A stretch of DNA of 64,000 nt, from contig CM097885.1 in assembly GCA_044892525.1 (NCBI GenBank), positions 41,046,001 through 41,110,000 on the forward strand, in the 5' to 3' direction. Numbering within the stretch: the stretch's first letter is position 1; each line of letters begins with the position of its first letter. Shown here piece after piece: positions 31,907 through 44,344 of this stretch. The notes below the pieces were generated by a model, which saw only the letters and a list, made by a program, of their open reading frames with translations, was not told the origin of the DNA and ran no database searches. The position numbers and the translations under genes are program-made. Source of the DNA: Schmidtea polychroa. Lineage: Eukaryota.

Positions 31907-34738
31907 GTAATATAAATTTTTAATTTTTAATTTATCTTTGAAATTTAAAAGTAGAAAGTGATTGATTTTAGAATAATTTTATTCTTTTTATTTAATTTAA
32001 AGTTAGATTAATTCAAATATAATGTATGTTAAGTTAAATTATTTAGTGAAACGGAAGTTCCTCTCCATACCCAATGGCAAAACACTTTTGGTGTTGCTTC
32101 ATTTGTGAAATGGTTTTTGCAATGTTGAAAAAAAGTCTTGCTTTTAGTTTTGTACATTTCAATAAGACTTTTGGTCATAAACAAATTATGCATATATTTT
32201 AGTGAAGTGGGTTAAACTTGATCAGTACTTTTAAATGAGATACACCAATACTTCACTTTGCGTCCATAATCGGTACTGCAAAAATGCTAGGCAAACTGAA
32301 ATGACACAATGTGAAGCAGCAATTTTCATTTACTTTTCATGTAAAATGACATTTGATTTTCACTGTCACATTTTTATTTTAATTGTTTCACATTATTATT
32401 TTTTTGAAAATTTCATTTTAATTACTGAAAACTATAAAATAATACAACATCACAAATATAAACAAAACGCAAAACAAATCTTTAAAAAACACATACTCTT
32501 TGAAATGGTGTATTTTTCGACTTAGAATGAGATTTGAATGACGGAAGAGGTAAAAAGTATAAAGTAGTTAATTTTGAAAAGGCAATAAAGCATTTTCAGA
32601 ATTTGTATGACATAGTTGAACAAAAAATATAAAAATCAAGTACCTTTCATTTTTCATGAAACAAAAATTACTAAAGTGACCGATAATGACAGATTTTAAA
32701 ATTAAGTAATTTTGAATATGTATTTGTATCTGTATTCTAGGTAGATGTTGTCAAGCGTATAAATTGGGCGATTTATTTCAATAAGTATTTGATTATTAAT
32801 ATTATTATTATTATAGAAAACTTTATGAAGACAAGATGAGACAAGATTAAGAATGTGTTTACTTAATACCAAACACTTTAACGGTGAGTAGAGCTCGCGT
32901 ATATTCGATAGATACAACGACTGTACCAAATTAGTGTCAATTTAATTATAACTAAATTAGAGATTTTGCAAAGGCACCCCATTAGGTTGAATTACAGATA
33001 TCCGTCACGATATCCGGCATTCAAAACTCTATATAAAAAATGGATAACGATGGTCACCCAGCCCTCATATAATAAAATATAAAAGTCAAATCAGTTTTCC
33101 TTTGTGGCTGTTTGTCATTACAGAAAAATTTATATAAAATCAAGCGTTATTAAAGATAATTTTTGCAAAATTATAAATCTAATAAAATCGAAGTTTATTT
33201 CTTAAAAATTATTTTAATTTTATTTTTTATTAAAAATTGTTTACTTGTTATCATCAGGTAGGATAGAGTAATTACAGAAATTATAGATTTTTAAAAACTT
33301 TATTAATTATTTGTTTTTGGACAAAACGTTTTTTAAAATTATAAATATAATTATAATTAAAATAGCAAAAAATAAGATTTTAAAATATTGAAATTTATAT
33401 ATATATATATATATATATATTATAAGAACTTTTTTGAGAATTTCACCACTGATTTCTTTTCCATTGTATTCATTAAAAAGCTTGAAGACTATGATTCAGT
33501 AAATATATCAAAAACATCGATATATTTACTGATTCGTAGTCTTATTCATATATTACTTATTCATAGTCAAGTTTTTTAATAAACACTATATATATATATA
33601 ATTTATAAAATACTATTTAAAAACATTTAAACATTCACTGCCTTTTGTATATTAATTTACGGATCCAATGACTTTATTAATAACGCATCACAATTTACAC
33701 GTTCCCAATAAATGCCAATAATTACCAATAATTATATTTTAAAGTTTCATAAAACAATTTCAATAATTATTGGTAGCGTGTATTTTGTGAAGCGTTTTTT
33801 AAAAATGATTTAATCCGAACATTAATGTACAAAATGCAGTGAATATGGATGACAACACAAAACATACCCCAACATAACATACAACTTCTTTCAAGAAATA
33901 AGATATATTGAAATATTTATTGTTAAATATACCATCTGTCATATTATTAGATATAGGAAAAAGTATTGGAGTAAATAATGCATTAAAATATTTATTAGTT
34001 TATTAGTCAATTAATAAATTTTTTAAATAATAAATACGAAAAAATACTTGTTTTCGAAAATAAAATTTGATTTTAATTGAGTTAAGAAAATTATGATGCA
34101 GCAGATTATTAAATAATAATCTGTAAAATAATTAAAGTCTAAATATATTCATAAATTTTAGTAACTTTATATAGAATACCTGCAAGCATCGTCAAATATT
34201 TAGATATTCAGAGGAGTTCAGTGAAAGTATAAGGTTGAGAGATATTGCAATAAACCGTATTACATTTAAATATAATTAAATAATATTATAATAGTAATAA
34301 AAATGTAATATGTATAATTTAAACCGGAATTTGAAGAAAATATAGCAAATTAATTTTTACCGAGTTAAATTTAATTATATATAAACAATATAATTTTTTA
34401 CTTTCACAATTTTTTGATAATTGTGCATTTTTATCTTCAGTTGAAAATAAATCATCTTAAATAGTTATCACTGTGTCAAAATTGTTTATATGCTTTGCAA
34501 AATTAGTTTAATTATTTTTTTAATTCAACAATAAATGCTTCAAAAATAAAAACAGTTTTTGCGGATGACTAATTGAAATGAAATACTTGATAAGATACGT
34601 TACCAATCTGTAAATAATCATTTCACTCTGCATTAAGAGTAAAGGTATCGAAGGCACCTTGTAAGACCAAGTTATTTTTCAAGATTAATAAATGAAATAT
34701 AATTATTGATATCTCATTCAATTAATTTATATTTTTAG

Positions 34739-34836
34739 AATGTCTAGAGCAAAACCAAATGAAAATAAATGAATTAATTCCATTATTATTTTTGAAATAT
34801 TTGCCTACATTTTTTCATTCCAAAATGAAATTGACG
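34739..34836 (+). CDS. Host HECT E3 ligase exon
   Basis: tttag acceptor phase 1, CLEQNQMKINELIPLLFLKYLPTFFHSKMKLT, G|gtaac donor phase 0. Confidence 0.7.
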
Positions 34837-35153
34837 GTAACTATAATAATTATTTTTATTTCTATTGAGATATTTTAAAATTTAATTAACTGATAAAAAA
34901 CCAAATTTATGTTTTAATTTTTTTGAATTATTTTATTTATTGGTACACTCAAACATATTCTCCAATTCAATTATTTCAAGTTATACTTTAAATTGACATG
35001 TTTTAAACATTCTGGGAGAAAAACAACTTTTAACGAATATTTGTGGGGAAAATAAGACTTTGCAAAATTTTATTTTGTTAATTTAAACAACTTGAAGTAA
35101 TCGATTCTCTCAATTATTTCTCGTTTGAAATGTTGTAAAAATATTTCAGTAAG

Positions 35154-38100
35154 AGTAGGTAGTTAGGAGCGCCCTGCAGCAATGACCCCCCCCCGGGAGG
35201 GGTCTGCTGCAACTTTTTATTACGCAATTGCTGCAACTCACTTTTTTTGCTTTCAGGGATTTTTAGTACAAAATTTTTTTTATCAGACTAAAGTGACGGG
35301 GTCTCGATGGTCCTAGAATTTTCAATACAAATTTTTTTTTCAATAGAAACTCTGACTATCACTAAAAAGCATAGAATTTTCAGACTATAGTGAGAGGGTC
35401 TCGACGGTCCTGGGATTTTTAATACAAATTATTTTTTTCAATAGAAAATGCGACTATCACTAAAAAAGCTTAGAATTTTTCAAAGTAAATTAAGGTGGGT
35501 TTTCTTGGTCCTGAGAACATCATTAGAAGAAGGTGGTCTACACTAAAAAAGGCGGTAAATTTTTAAAATAAAGCAAATTATAGGTCTAAAAATTGAATTA
35601 CATTAAATTATGGGCTCAGATTTTTGAATTACATTAAATTATGGGCTAAGATTTTTGAATTAGAGTAAATTAAGGTCCAAATTATGAAATTAAAATAAAT
35701 GATGGGTCTAATAATTGAATTAAAGTAATCAATGGGTTCAAATAAGTAAAGTAAGGTTCAAATTTTAAAATTAAAGTTAATTAAGGTCCAAATTTTTAAA
35801 TTAAAGTAAATGATGATCCAAAAAATTAAATTAAAGTAATCAATGGGCTGAAATAAATAAATTAAGGTCCAAATTTTTGAAGTACATTAAATAATAGGTC
35901 TAATAATTGAATTAAAGTAATCAATGGGTTCAAATAAGTTAATTAAGGTTCAAATTTTTAAATTAAAGTTAATTAAGGTCTAAATATTTAATTTAAAGTT
36001 ATCAATGGGCTCAAATAACTAAATTAAGGTCCAAATTTTAAATTAAAGTAAATCAAGGTTCTAAAATTTAAAATTAAAGTAATCAATGGGTTTAAATAAA
36101 TTAATTGTGGTCCAAATTTTAAAATTAAAGTAAATTATGGTCTAGATAAGTAAGTTAAAGTAATAATTTTTAAATAATTAAATTAAAGTAATGTAATAAG
36201 TAAATTAAAGTAAGATTTTAATATTTATTAACAAAAAGTTTGAATAACCAACAGCTTCTGAGAAATAAAATTTTAAAATTAAAGTAATCAATGGTCTAAA
36301 ATTTTGAATTAAAGTAAATTATGGTTCAAATAAGTAAATTAAGGTTCTAAAAAAATTAAATTAAAGTTAATTAAGGTCCAAATTTTTAAAATTAAGTAAT
36401 CAATGGTCAAAAATTTTAAATTAAAGTTAAATAAGTAAATTAAAGTAATAATTTTTAAATAATTAAATTAAAGTAATGTAATAAGTAAATTAAAGTATGA
36501 TTTTAATATTTATTAACAAAAAATTTGAATAACCAACAGCTTCTGAGAAATAAAATTTTTTAAGATAATTTTTAATGAAAATGTTTATGAAATATTTTTC
36601 AAAGATAAATTTTAATAATAATAATTCAACAACAAACCAACAATCAGATACCAAGTACCAGAAACCAACAACTTAGTACCAACAACCAATAGCTTACGAA
36701 CATGTATTTACAAACAGATACTTAGAACCACATGCAATAAACTAGGTACCAGATACCAAGTACTCACAACCGTCAACAACCAGTAACATTTGAACATGTA
36801 TTTACAACATAAACATATTTTTCATTTCATAAAATACAATGAAGAATATTTAGTTGATTGTAAGTAGTTAGTTGTAAGTATCTGGTTGTTTGAGAGTTAG
36901 TTAGTACATGGTATCATGTTGTAAGTATTTGGTACTTATTTGTTAGCACCTAGTTAAAACTATTTAGTAACCGATTGTTGGTAACGGTTGAATTATTATT
37001 ATTATTTTTATTATTATTATAATTATTTTTATTAATATTATTATTATTATTATAATTATTTTTATTAAAATTAATATTATTTTTTTTATTAATATTATTA
37101 TTATTATTATTATAATTCCATTAAAATTTTCATTTGACTTTGAAAAATATTTCATTGAAATTAACTTAAAAAGTTAACTTAAAAATTATTTCATTAAAAT
37201 TAACTTAAAAGGTTTTACATTTAAAATTAATTTAAGAAAAAATTTCCATTTAAAATTTCATTAAAAATTACATTTTTCAAAAAAGTTGGTGGTTATTCAA
37301 TCTTTTGATAATAAATTTAAAAATCTTAGTTTAATTTACTTATTACATTACTTATTTAAAAATTATTACTTAAATTTACTTATTTATCTTTAATTTAAAA
37401 TTTGAACCATTGGTTACTTAATTTTAAATTTTGAACCTTAATTTACTTATTTAAAATTTTTATCTTTAATTTACTTAACCTTAATTTACCTAATTATTGT
37501 TTGTTACTTAATTTTACACCATAATTTACTTAACAACTAAATATAACCCTTATTTTCATATTTAACCAATAATTTCATGTGGTCATTGATTAATTGACGA
37601 AGATTTGCATCTAAAATTAACATTGAAAATCCCAGAAAACTTTCATCTTAAATTGACTTTAACTTTAATATTTAGATAATTGATTACTTAATTTAAAAAT
37701 TAAACATTATTTTATCTATTTAACCAATAATTTCATGTGATCATGTGGTTGTAAGTACTTAGTACTTAGTACTTGGTATCTAGTTGTTAGTACTTGGTTG
37801 ATAATGCTTAGTACCTGGTTGTTTTTGGTTGTTAATACTTAGTATCTAGTACCTAGTTGTTAGCTGGTTGTTTTGGGTTGTTAGTACATAGTTGTTGGTT
37901 GTAGGTACTTAGTAGTTGCTTGATAATGCTTAGTACCTGGTTGTTGACGGTTGTGAGTACTTGGTATCAGGTAACTGGTTGCTAGTAACTAGTTGTATGT
38001 ACTTGGTAGCAGGTAACCGGTTGTTAGTAACTAGTTGTAGGTATCTGGTTGTAAATACATGTTCGTAAGTTACTGGATGTTGACGGTTGTGAGTACTTGG

Positions 38101-39401
38101 TATCTGGTACCTAGTTGGTTGCATGTGGTTCTATGTATCTGGTCGTAAATACATGTTCGTAAGTTATTGGTTGTTGGTACTAAGTTGTTGGTGTCTGGTA
38201 CTTGGTATCTGATTGTTGGTTTGTTGTTGAATTATTATTATTTTATTATTATTATTATTATCTTTTAAAAATATTTCATAAAAATTTTCATTAAAAATTA
38301 TGTTAAAAAATCATTCCATAAAAATTTTCATTAAAAATTATCTTAAAAAATTTTGTTTCTCAGAAGCTGTTGGTTATTCAAACCTTTTGTTAATAAATAT
38401 TAAAATCTTACTTTAATTTACTTATTACATTACTTTAATTTAATTATTTAAAAATTATTACTTTAACTTACTTATCTAGACCATAATTTACTTTAATTTT
38501 AAAATTTGGACCATAATTAATTTATTTAAACCCATTGATTACTTTAATTTTAAATTTTAGAACCTTGATTTACTTTAATTTAAAATTTGGACCTTAATTT
38601 AGTTATTTGAGCCCATTGATAACTTTAAATTAAATATTTAGACCTTAATTATCTTTAATTTAAAAATTTGAACCTTGATTTACTTATTTGAACCCATTGA
38701 TTACTTTAATTCAATTATTAGACCTATTATTTAATGTACTTCAAAAATTTGGACCTTAATTTATTTATTTCAGCTCATTGATTACTTTAATTTAATTTTT
38801 TTGACCATCATTTACTTTAATTTAAAAATTTGGACCTTACTTTACTTATTTGAACCCATTGATTACTTTAATTCAATTATTAGACCCATCATTTACTTTA
38901 ATTTCATAATTTGGACCTTAATTTACTCTAATTCAAAAATCTTAGCCCATAATTTAATGTAATTCAAAAATCTGAACCCATAATTTGCTTTATTTTGAAG
39001 ATTTACCACGTTTCTTAGTGTAGAGCACCAGGACCATTGAGATCCCCTCACTATAGTCTGAAAATTCTATGCTTTTTTAGTGATAGTCGGATTTTCTATT
39101 GAAAAAAAAATTTGTATTGAAAATTCTAGGACCATCGAGACCCTGTCACTTTAGTCTGATAAAAAAAATTTTGTACTAAAAATCACTGAAAGCAAATAAA
39201 GTGAGTTGCAGCAATTGTGTAATAAAAAGTTGCAGCAGACCCCTCCCCGGGGGGTCATTGCTGCAGTGCGCTCCTAACTACCTACTCTTACTGAAATATT
39301 TTTACAACATTTCAAACGAGAAATAATTGAGAGAATCGATTACTTCAAGTTGTTTAAATTAACAAAATAAAATTGCTGCAGAGGTGCACTAACTACCTAC
39401 T
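35154..39401. mobile_element. Non-coding foldback element with Polinton-type termini (4.25 kb)
   Basis: Starts AGTAGGTAGTTAG (35154) and ends CTAACTACCTACT (39401). Perfect 6-bp TSD AGTAAG (35148-35153, 39402-39407). Inverted arms ~35154-36808 and ~38048-39286 are built from AT-rich minisatellites. Confidence 0.85.
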
Positions 39402-41864
39402 AGTAAGGTACTTTTTACCGCTCAAAATAAGAAAATTAATCTAAATTACAACTAAAAATAACATACATTTCTTGACATTATTATTGCAACTAGATAAAAC
39501 AAAAAATAAATCACAAAGATTAAATAATATAGATTAGAATATGCTAGTTCTACAATTCTATAATAAGTATATAGATAAACTTTAATATATTAAAATAAAA
39601 TAAATTTTGGTTTTAGACATAGACATTATTGAAGTTTTATTTCATAATCCCATTCTATGATAACATTCATAAAAATATATTTAATAATAATTATACTATA
39701 GTAATAAATACAATGGAAAATAAATCAGTGGTGAAATCCGAAAAAAAAATTCTGACTATACTATAATAATAAATATCATATTTCTGAATATTTTAAACTT
39801 TTAAAATTCTTTAAAAAATATTATTTTTATTATTTTTTTAATTATTTAACATAACTATTATTCAATATACATCAACATACAAAAACTTAATTAAAAACAT
39901 TCAACACACAAGTATTCACTGCATTCTGCACATTGATTTTAGATTTTAAAAGTTCTTATCAATAATGTTTCATTCTTTTTTTAAGTATCACTGATTATAC
40001 TTTAATAATAAATAACATATAAAGAGGTTGTATATGGGCGTAAAATAATAATAAATAAAATAATAAATAATAAAAACAGTTCTACGCCTCTAATTAAGCC
40101 AGTAAAATCCTTTATTTATTTGTTCATTTGTGAGTTGTTTTTGTTTTCCTTTAACATATTCATTGCGAATGTAGATAAAATAGTTTTAACTTTTCTCTAT
40201 GTAATAACGTTTTTCCGCACTGAATTTTACAAGTGTTTATAGTGTTTTTAATAACCAACTTTATTCCAAATATTTAATAAAATATAATTAGTCAATCTGA
40301 ACTATCTTAGTCATTATATCATTTATTTATTTTTTGCTTTAGTTTCCCGAATTCAAACCCGGCAACAAAAAGTTATTCTTGTAAGAGAATGCAATTCTAG
40401 TGATATATTAAATTATAGACATTTTTGCAGCTGTCATGTAATTTTAATTAGTTTTTTCATGGCACTAATTGTTGAAATTAATTGCTTTAATCAACTAATG
40501 AACAGACCAAACACTAAAACGAATATTATTTTTTAGTAATATTATCTTACATTTTTTTTATTCCCTAAGTCAGTGGCGAAATATTTTCGCGATTCAGTGG
40601 GTCATTACTTTTATTTTGCCAACCTAACTCTATGATCTTACAATCATATCCGGAACCTAACCCCTCCAACATCAACTTACGTCAAATATTATATTTTCAT
40701 AGTTTTCATCCAATATATAAATATATTTTATATCAAATAAATTATCCTATTAGAAAATCTTATCATCCTTGTGTCACCAAATTATATAATCACAATTCAA
40801 ATATACCGTGTTATTTCATTATTATTATTTAAAAATATGTTGAATTTCATTACAATTTAACAAAATACTTTTTATTTATATTTATAATTTTAAAATAATA
40901 AAATAATATTACAATATGGTTAAACCCCACGTCCCACTAAATAATTTTCACTGAGCAAAAATATATTTATGAACCCGAAATGTGTACAATATTTTATCCA
41001 TTTTCATTTCGCTGAAATGTAAAACATTAAGCCAAGATTAAGAAAGTATTATACCTTTTCCTCTTACATATTTAAATTGACTTATTAGAGTGAATGACAT
41101 ATAGTTATTTTAACCTTTGCACCTCTCAAACTCAATACTAACAAAGGTTTTTTTTTAAAATTAGAGCATTTTCTTATTATCGAAATAACATGAAACTTTT
41201 GTACGTACCTTCGAGGGAACGTTTTTTAAACATCTTGAAAGAGACATTAAAATTTTATTTAAAAAAATGTTATTTTTCATGAATTTATTAACATTAAAAC
41301 AAAAAATTACTTCATAACAGCATTGATAACGTCAATTTTAAGTATCACTATTAAGTTATACTTACCATGTATTTGTTCATGTTTTCTTTTGTAAGTTTTA
41401 TTTATTAAAATTTATATACATTTAAGAGAAATGATGAGATAAAATATGTATTGATAAACTGTTATTCAGTAAATGGGTCACAATAAAAATGAAATGTTAG
41501 AATAGTGATATATTCAATTTTCGGATTTTATAAATACATTTGTTTTGGAAAACAAGTTCATAACGAAACTAATTTGCATATCATTCCCTCCTCTCCAATC
41601 TTTACGCTTCATTTAAACTGTACTCCGGACCTTTATTTTAGCAATGTACCACTGATAACTTTGTTAAAAATAGTTTATAAATTAATGAAAATATTTCTGA
41701 ATTTAATTTGAAAAAATTATTTTATTCACTTGTCAGTGGAATATGAAGTAATGCCGTAGACTACATCAACAATAAATGAATTATGTAAATAACTCTTGAT
41801 TTGACATAAATCCCCCAGAATACATTCAATAAATTTTATTTTCAATAGAAATTATTCAAATTAG

Positions 41865-41942
41865 CTAAGGATTTTTCCTTTCTTCCTGCACTGTGTGAAA
41901 ATCAATACGTTTCACATTTATCCTTTTGAGCTAATTTCAGAG
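41865..41942 (+). CDS. Probable small host HECT E3 ligase exon
   Basis: ttag acceptor, 26 open codons LRIFPFFLHCVKINTFHIYPFELISE, GAG|gt donor. Phases 0/0 fit both neighbours. Confidence 0.5.
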
Positions 41943-42417
41943 GTTAATATTATCAAACGTTTTCGGTTTTCCTCACTGATAATGGAATGGAGACGAATGG
42001 AAATGAGAATGTAAACGAAAAATTGCTTTTATGTTGAAAAGTGAAAGAAATGTTTTTAGAATAAATTTGTTGTTTGAATAAGGGTCGGTAAGATGGTTTC
42101 ATAATTAATGGGGAAAAATTCTTTTTTATTAATAATTTCAATTAAAAAAATATTTTCTAGAATTATTATTAATAATAAAGTAATTTTTCATTGTCGTTTG
42201 ATAACAAGAACCTTTATTATGAGGAACAATGTTGAAAATGAAATATTTTAATGAAATTAATTTATTTTTATTTTATTATTTTAATCAATATTGAGGTGTA
42301 ACATTATAGACATTGTATTAAATTATCAATTTACATCGACTTACTTTTCAGAGTTTCCCTAATTTCTTCTAAATGTTCTTAGTGGATTTAATATCGGAAT
42401 AAGACTTAAATTTATTA

Positions 42418-42458
<41 letters not shown>

Positions 42459-42521
42459 TTTATTATTTTTAAATAAAATATTAAAAAAAATAAATAATTG
42501 CTTATTATTGAAATTTAACAG

Positions 42522-42666
42522 CTAATTGAAACGTATTTTGACCGAGTCAATCAAAATTACAAGCATAACTTCATTCTTGTGAATCATGAAGAAGAGAAAA
42601 TTATTATAAATCATCAAAAAGATTCAATTTTAAAAGACATTCTAGCTCAAGTTCTAAATTATTCAA
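42522..42666 (+). CDS. Host HECT E3 ligase exon (start of HECT N-lobe)
   Basis: taacag acceptor, LIETYFDRVNQ...IINHQKDSILKDILAQVLNYS, gtaat donor phase 1 matching 46921. Confidence 0.7.
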
Positions 42667-42710
42667 GTAATTAATATTTTATTACCTTTAATTAAATTAT
42701 AATTATTATC

Positions 42711-42914
42711 ATTTAAAACAATATAGTGATAATTCAAGCCTTTTGCTGCGAATAATGTATTTAATGAAAATTTTTTCGACTATAACTTCTTGACAAGGAC
42801 TATCTTATAGTCGAATATATTTTCATTAAATACATTATTCGCAACAAAAGGCTTAAATTATCACTTTATTGTTTTAAATAATAAATGCTGCTACCAAGAA
42901 ATCATCATTTTATA
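42711..42914 (+). mobile_element. Palindromic MITE-like element with one-sided tail (copy 1)
   Basis: ~75-bp inverted arms (atttaaaacaat...gcgaataatgtatttaatgaaaa...cgactataa and reverse complement) followed by aatgctgctaccaagaaatcatca. A second copy lies at 59519-59690. Confidence 0.75.
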
Positions 42915-44344
42915 CTATCATTATCATTATTATTATTAAATTAAGTTATTTATTTATTTTAAAAGTAGTAAATAGTAAATAAACTTAAATTAATATCAAT
43001 ATTTTTGAAATAGTTTTATTGCTTATTATAAACTGATTTGCCTTTAGGAACTTTTTCAATAATCATATCAAATATTTCTACATAAAGTTTCCCAAAATAA
43101 AATTTAAAATAATATACTTTATTATTATTCTTACTTATTAAAATTATGCTTTATTTATTAATTAATACTATAATGATTAAGTTAAATTAAGTCCTTTTTA
43201 ACTATCCTATTAAATAATACATAACTAATTAATTAGTAAATCATCTGATCAAAACCAACATGACATGGCGAGATAATCGCTAAAAATGTGATACTCATTT
43301 TGTTCATTTTTTTAGTAACTTGCGTCGTGACTTACGCTTGATTTTAGTCAGACGAGTCGCATATAGCATTTAAATTAAATTTTAAATCTCTAAAAAATTA
43401 GGTTTAAATGTAATATTAATTTCTAAAATGAAAATTGAATATTTTTAGAAAAAAATGTTTGATGTTTTCTTGTTCAAGATATTAATGACATTAATATATT
43501 CTCTTTTTCACAAGTAATGAACTATTAAAGTAAGTGTTTGGAATTCTTTCAATAGATAATATTAATTCAAAGTTATGACGACAAATACACCAAAACGATC
43601 AAAAGGATTGGTTTAACCCTATGAAGGTGATGAGTAACTGGGTTATAGTATTATTATATTTTATATTAATTTTCCTTTTTTGACTAAAATTAAGTAACAT
43701 TTAAAATAATATAGTTGTACGAAGGGTCACGTGACTTTTATATACATTTATCCCATCAGGCTCGATTGGCTACAAAACATACCCAACATAGCTACTTTAT
43801 TATTATTTATTGATAATGGTATTTTTACAATTATGCTAAAATATGTTAAATATAAAAAAATATAAAAATATTATTTTGAAGGTCTTAAAAATTGTGTTTG
43901 TTACTGAATTTGAAAATGCAATCGGGTTTTTAGTTAATTTAAACAACAATAAATACAAATTTAATAGAAACGATTATTTGCAGATTGTTTAAAAATAACG
44001 CTTTAAATACTTAATAATAAGTTAAAAGTTACAAAATTCATCAAATTGAAAAATAATCTTTCATTGTCATAAAAAGAAAAAACGTTATAATTAACTACAA
44101 CGATCAAATTTGCCAACTTTCAATTTATTTCTTGTTATAAAATATTAATCATTCACTGAAATTCGAATTTCTTAACTTTACACGCTAAAATGTTTTATAA
44201 AATATATATTTTTTATTTTTATAAAATTTTCAATATGATAATAATTTTAAAAATGAACGAAGGAATCATCTTTTCTTCTAGACAAGTCTCAAGAAAACAA
44301 ATGTCTAGTTCTTTTCTTCTAAGTTATACATCTTCAATCATATT

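Noticed and set aside
33770..33846. Short Penelope 3'-end match (also ~39830-39960, minus strand)
   Set aside because: Real but tiny degraded fragments with undefined boundaries; not listed as features.
35570..36500. CRISPR-like periodic repeats
   Set aside because: Degenerate AT-rich minisatellite without unique spacers, in a eukaryotic transposon arm.
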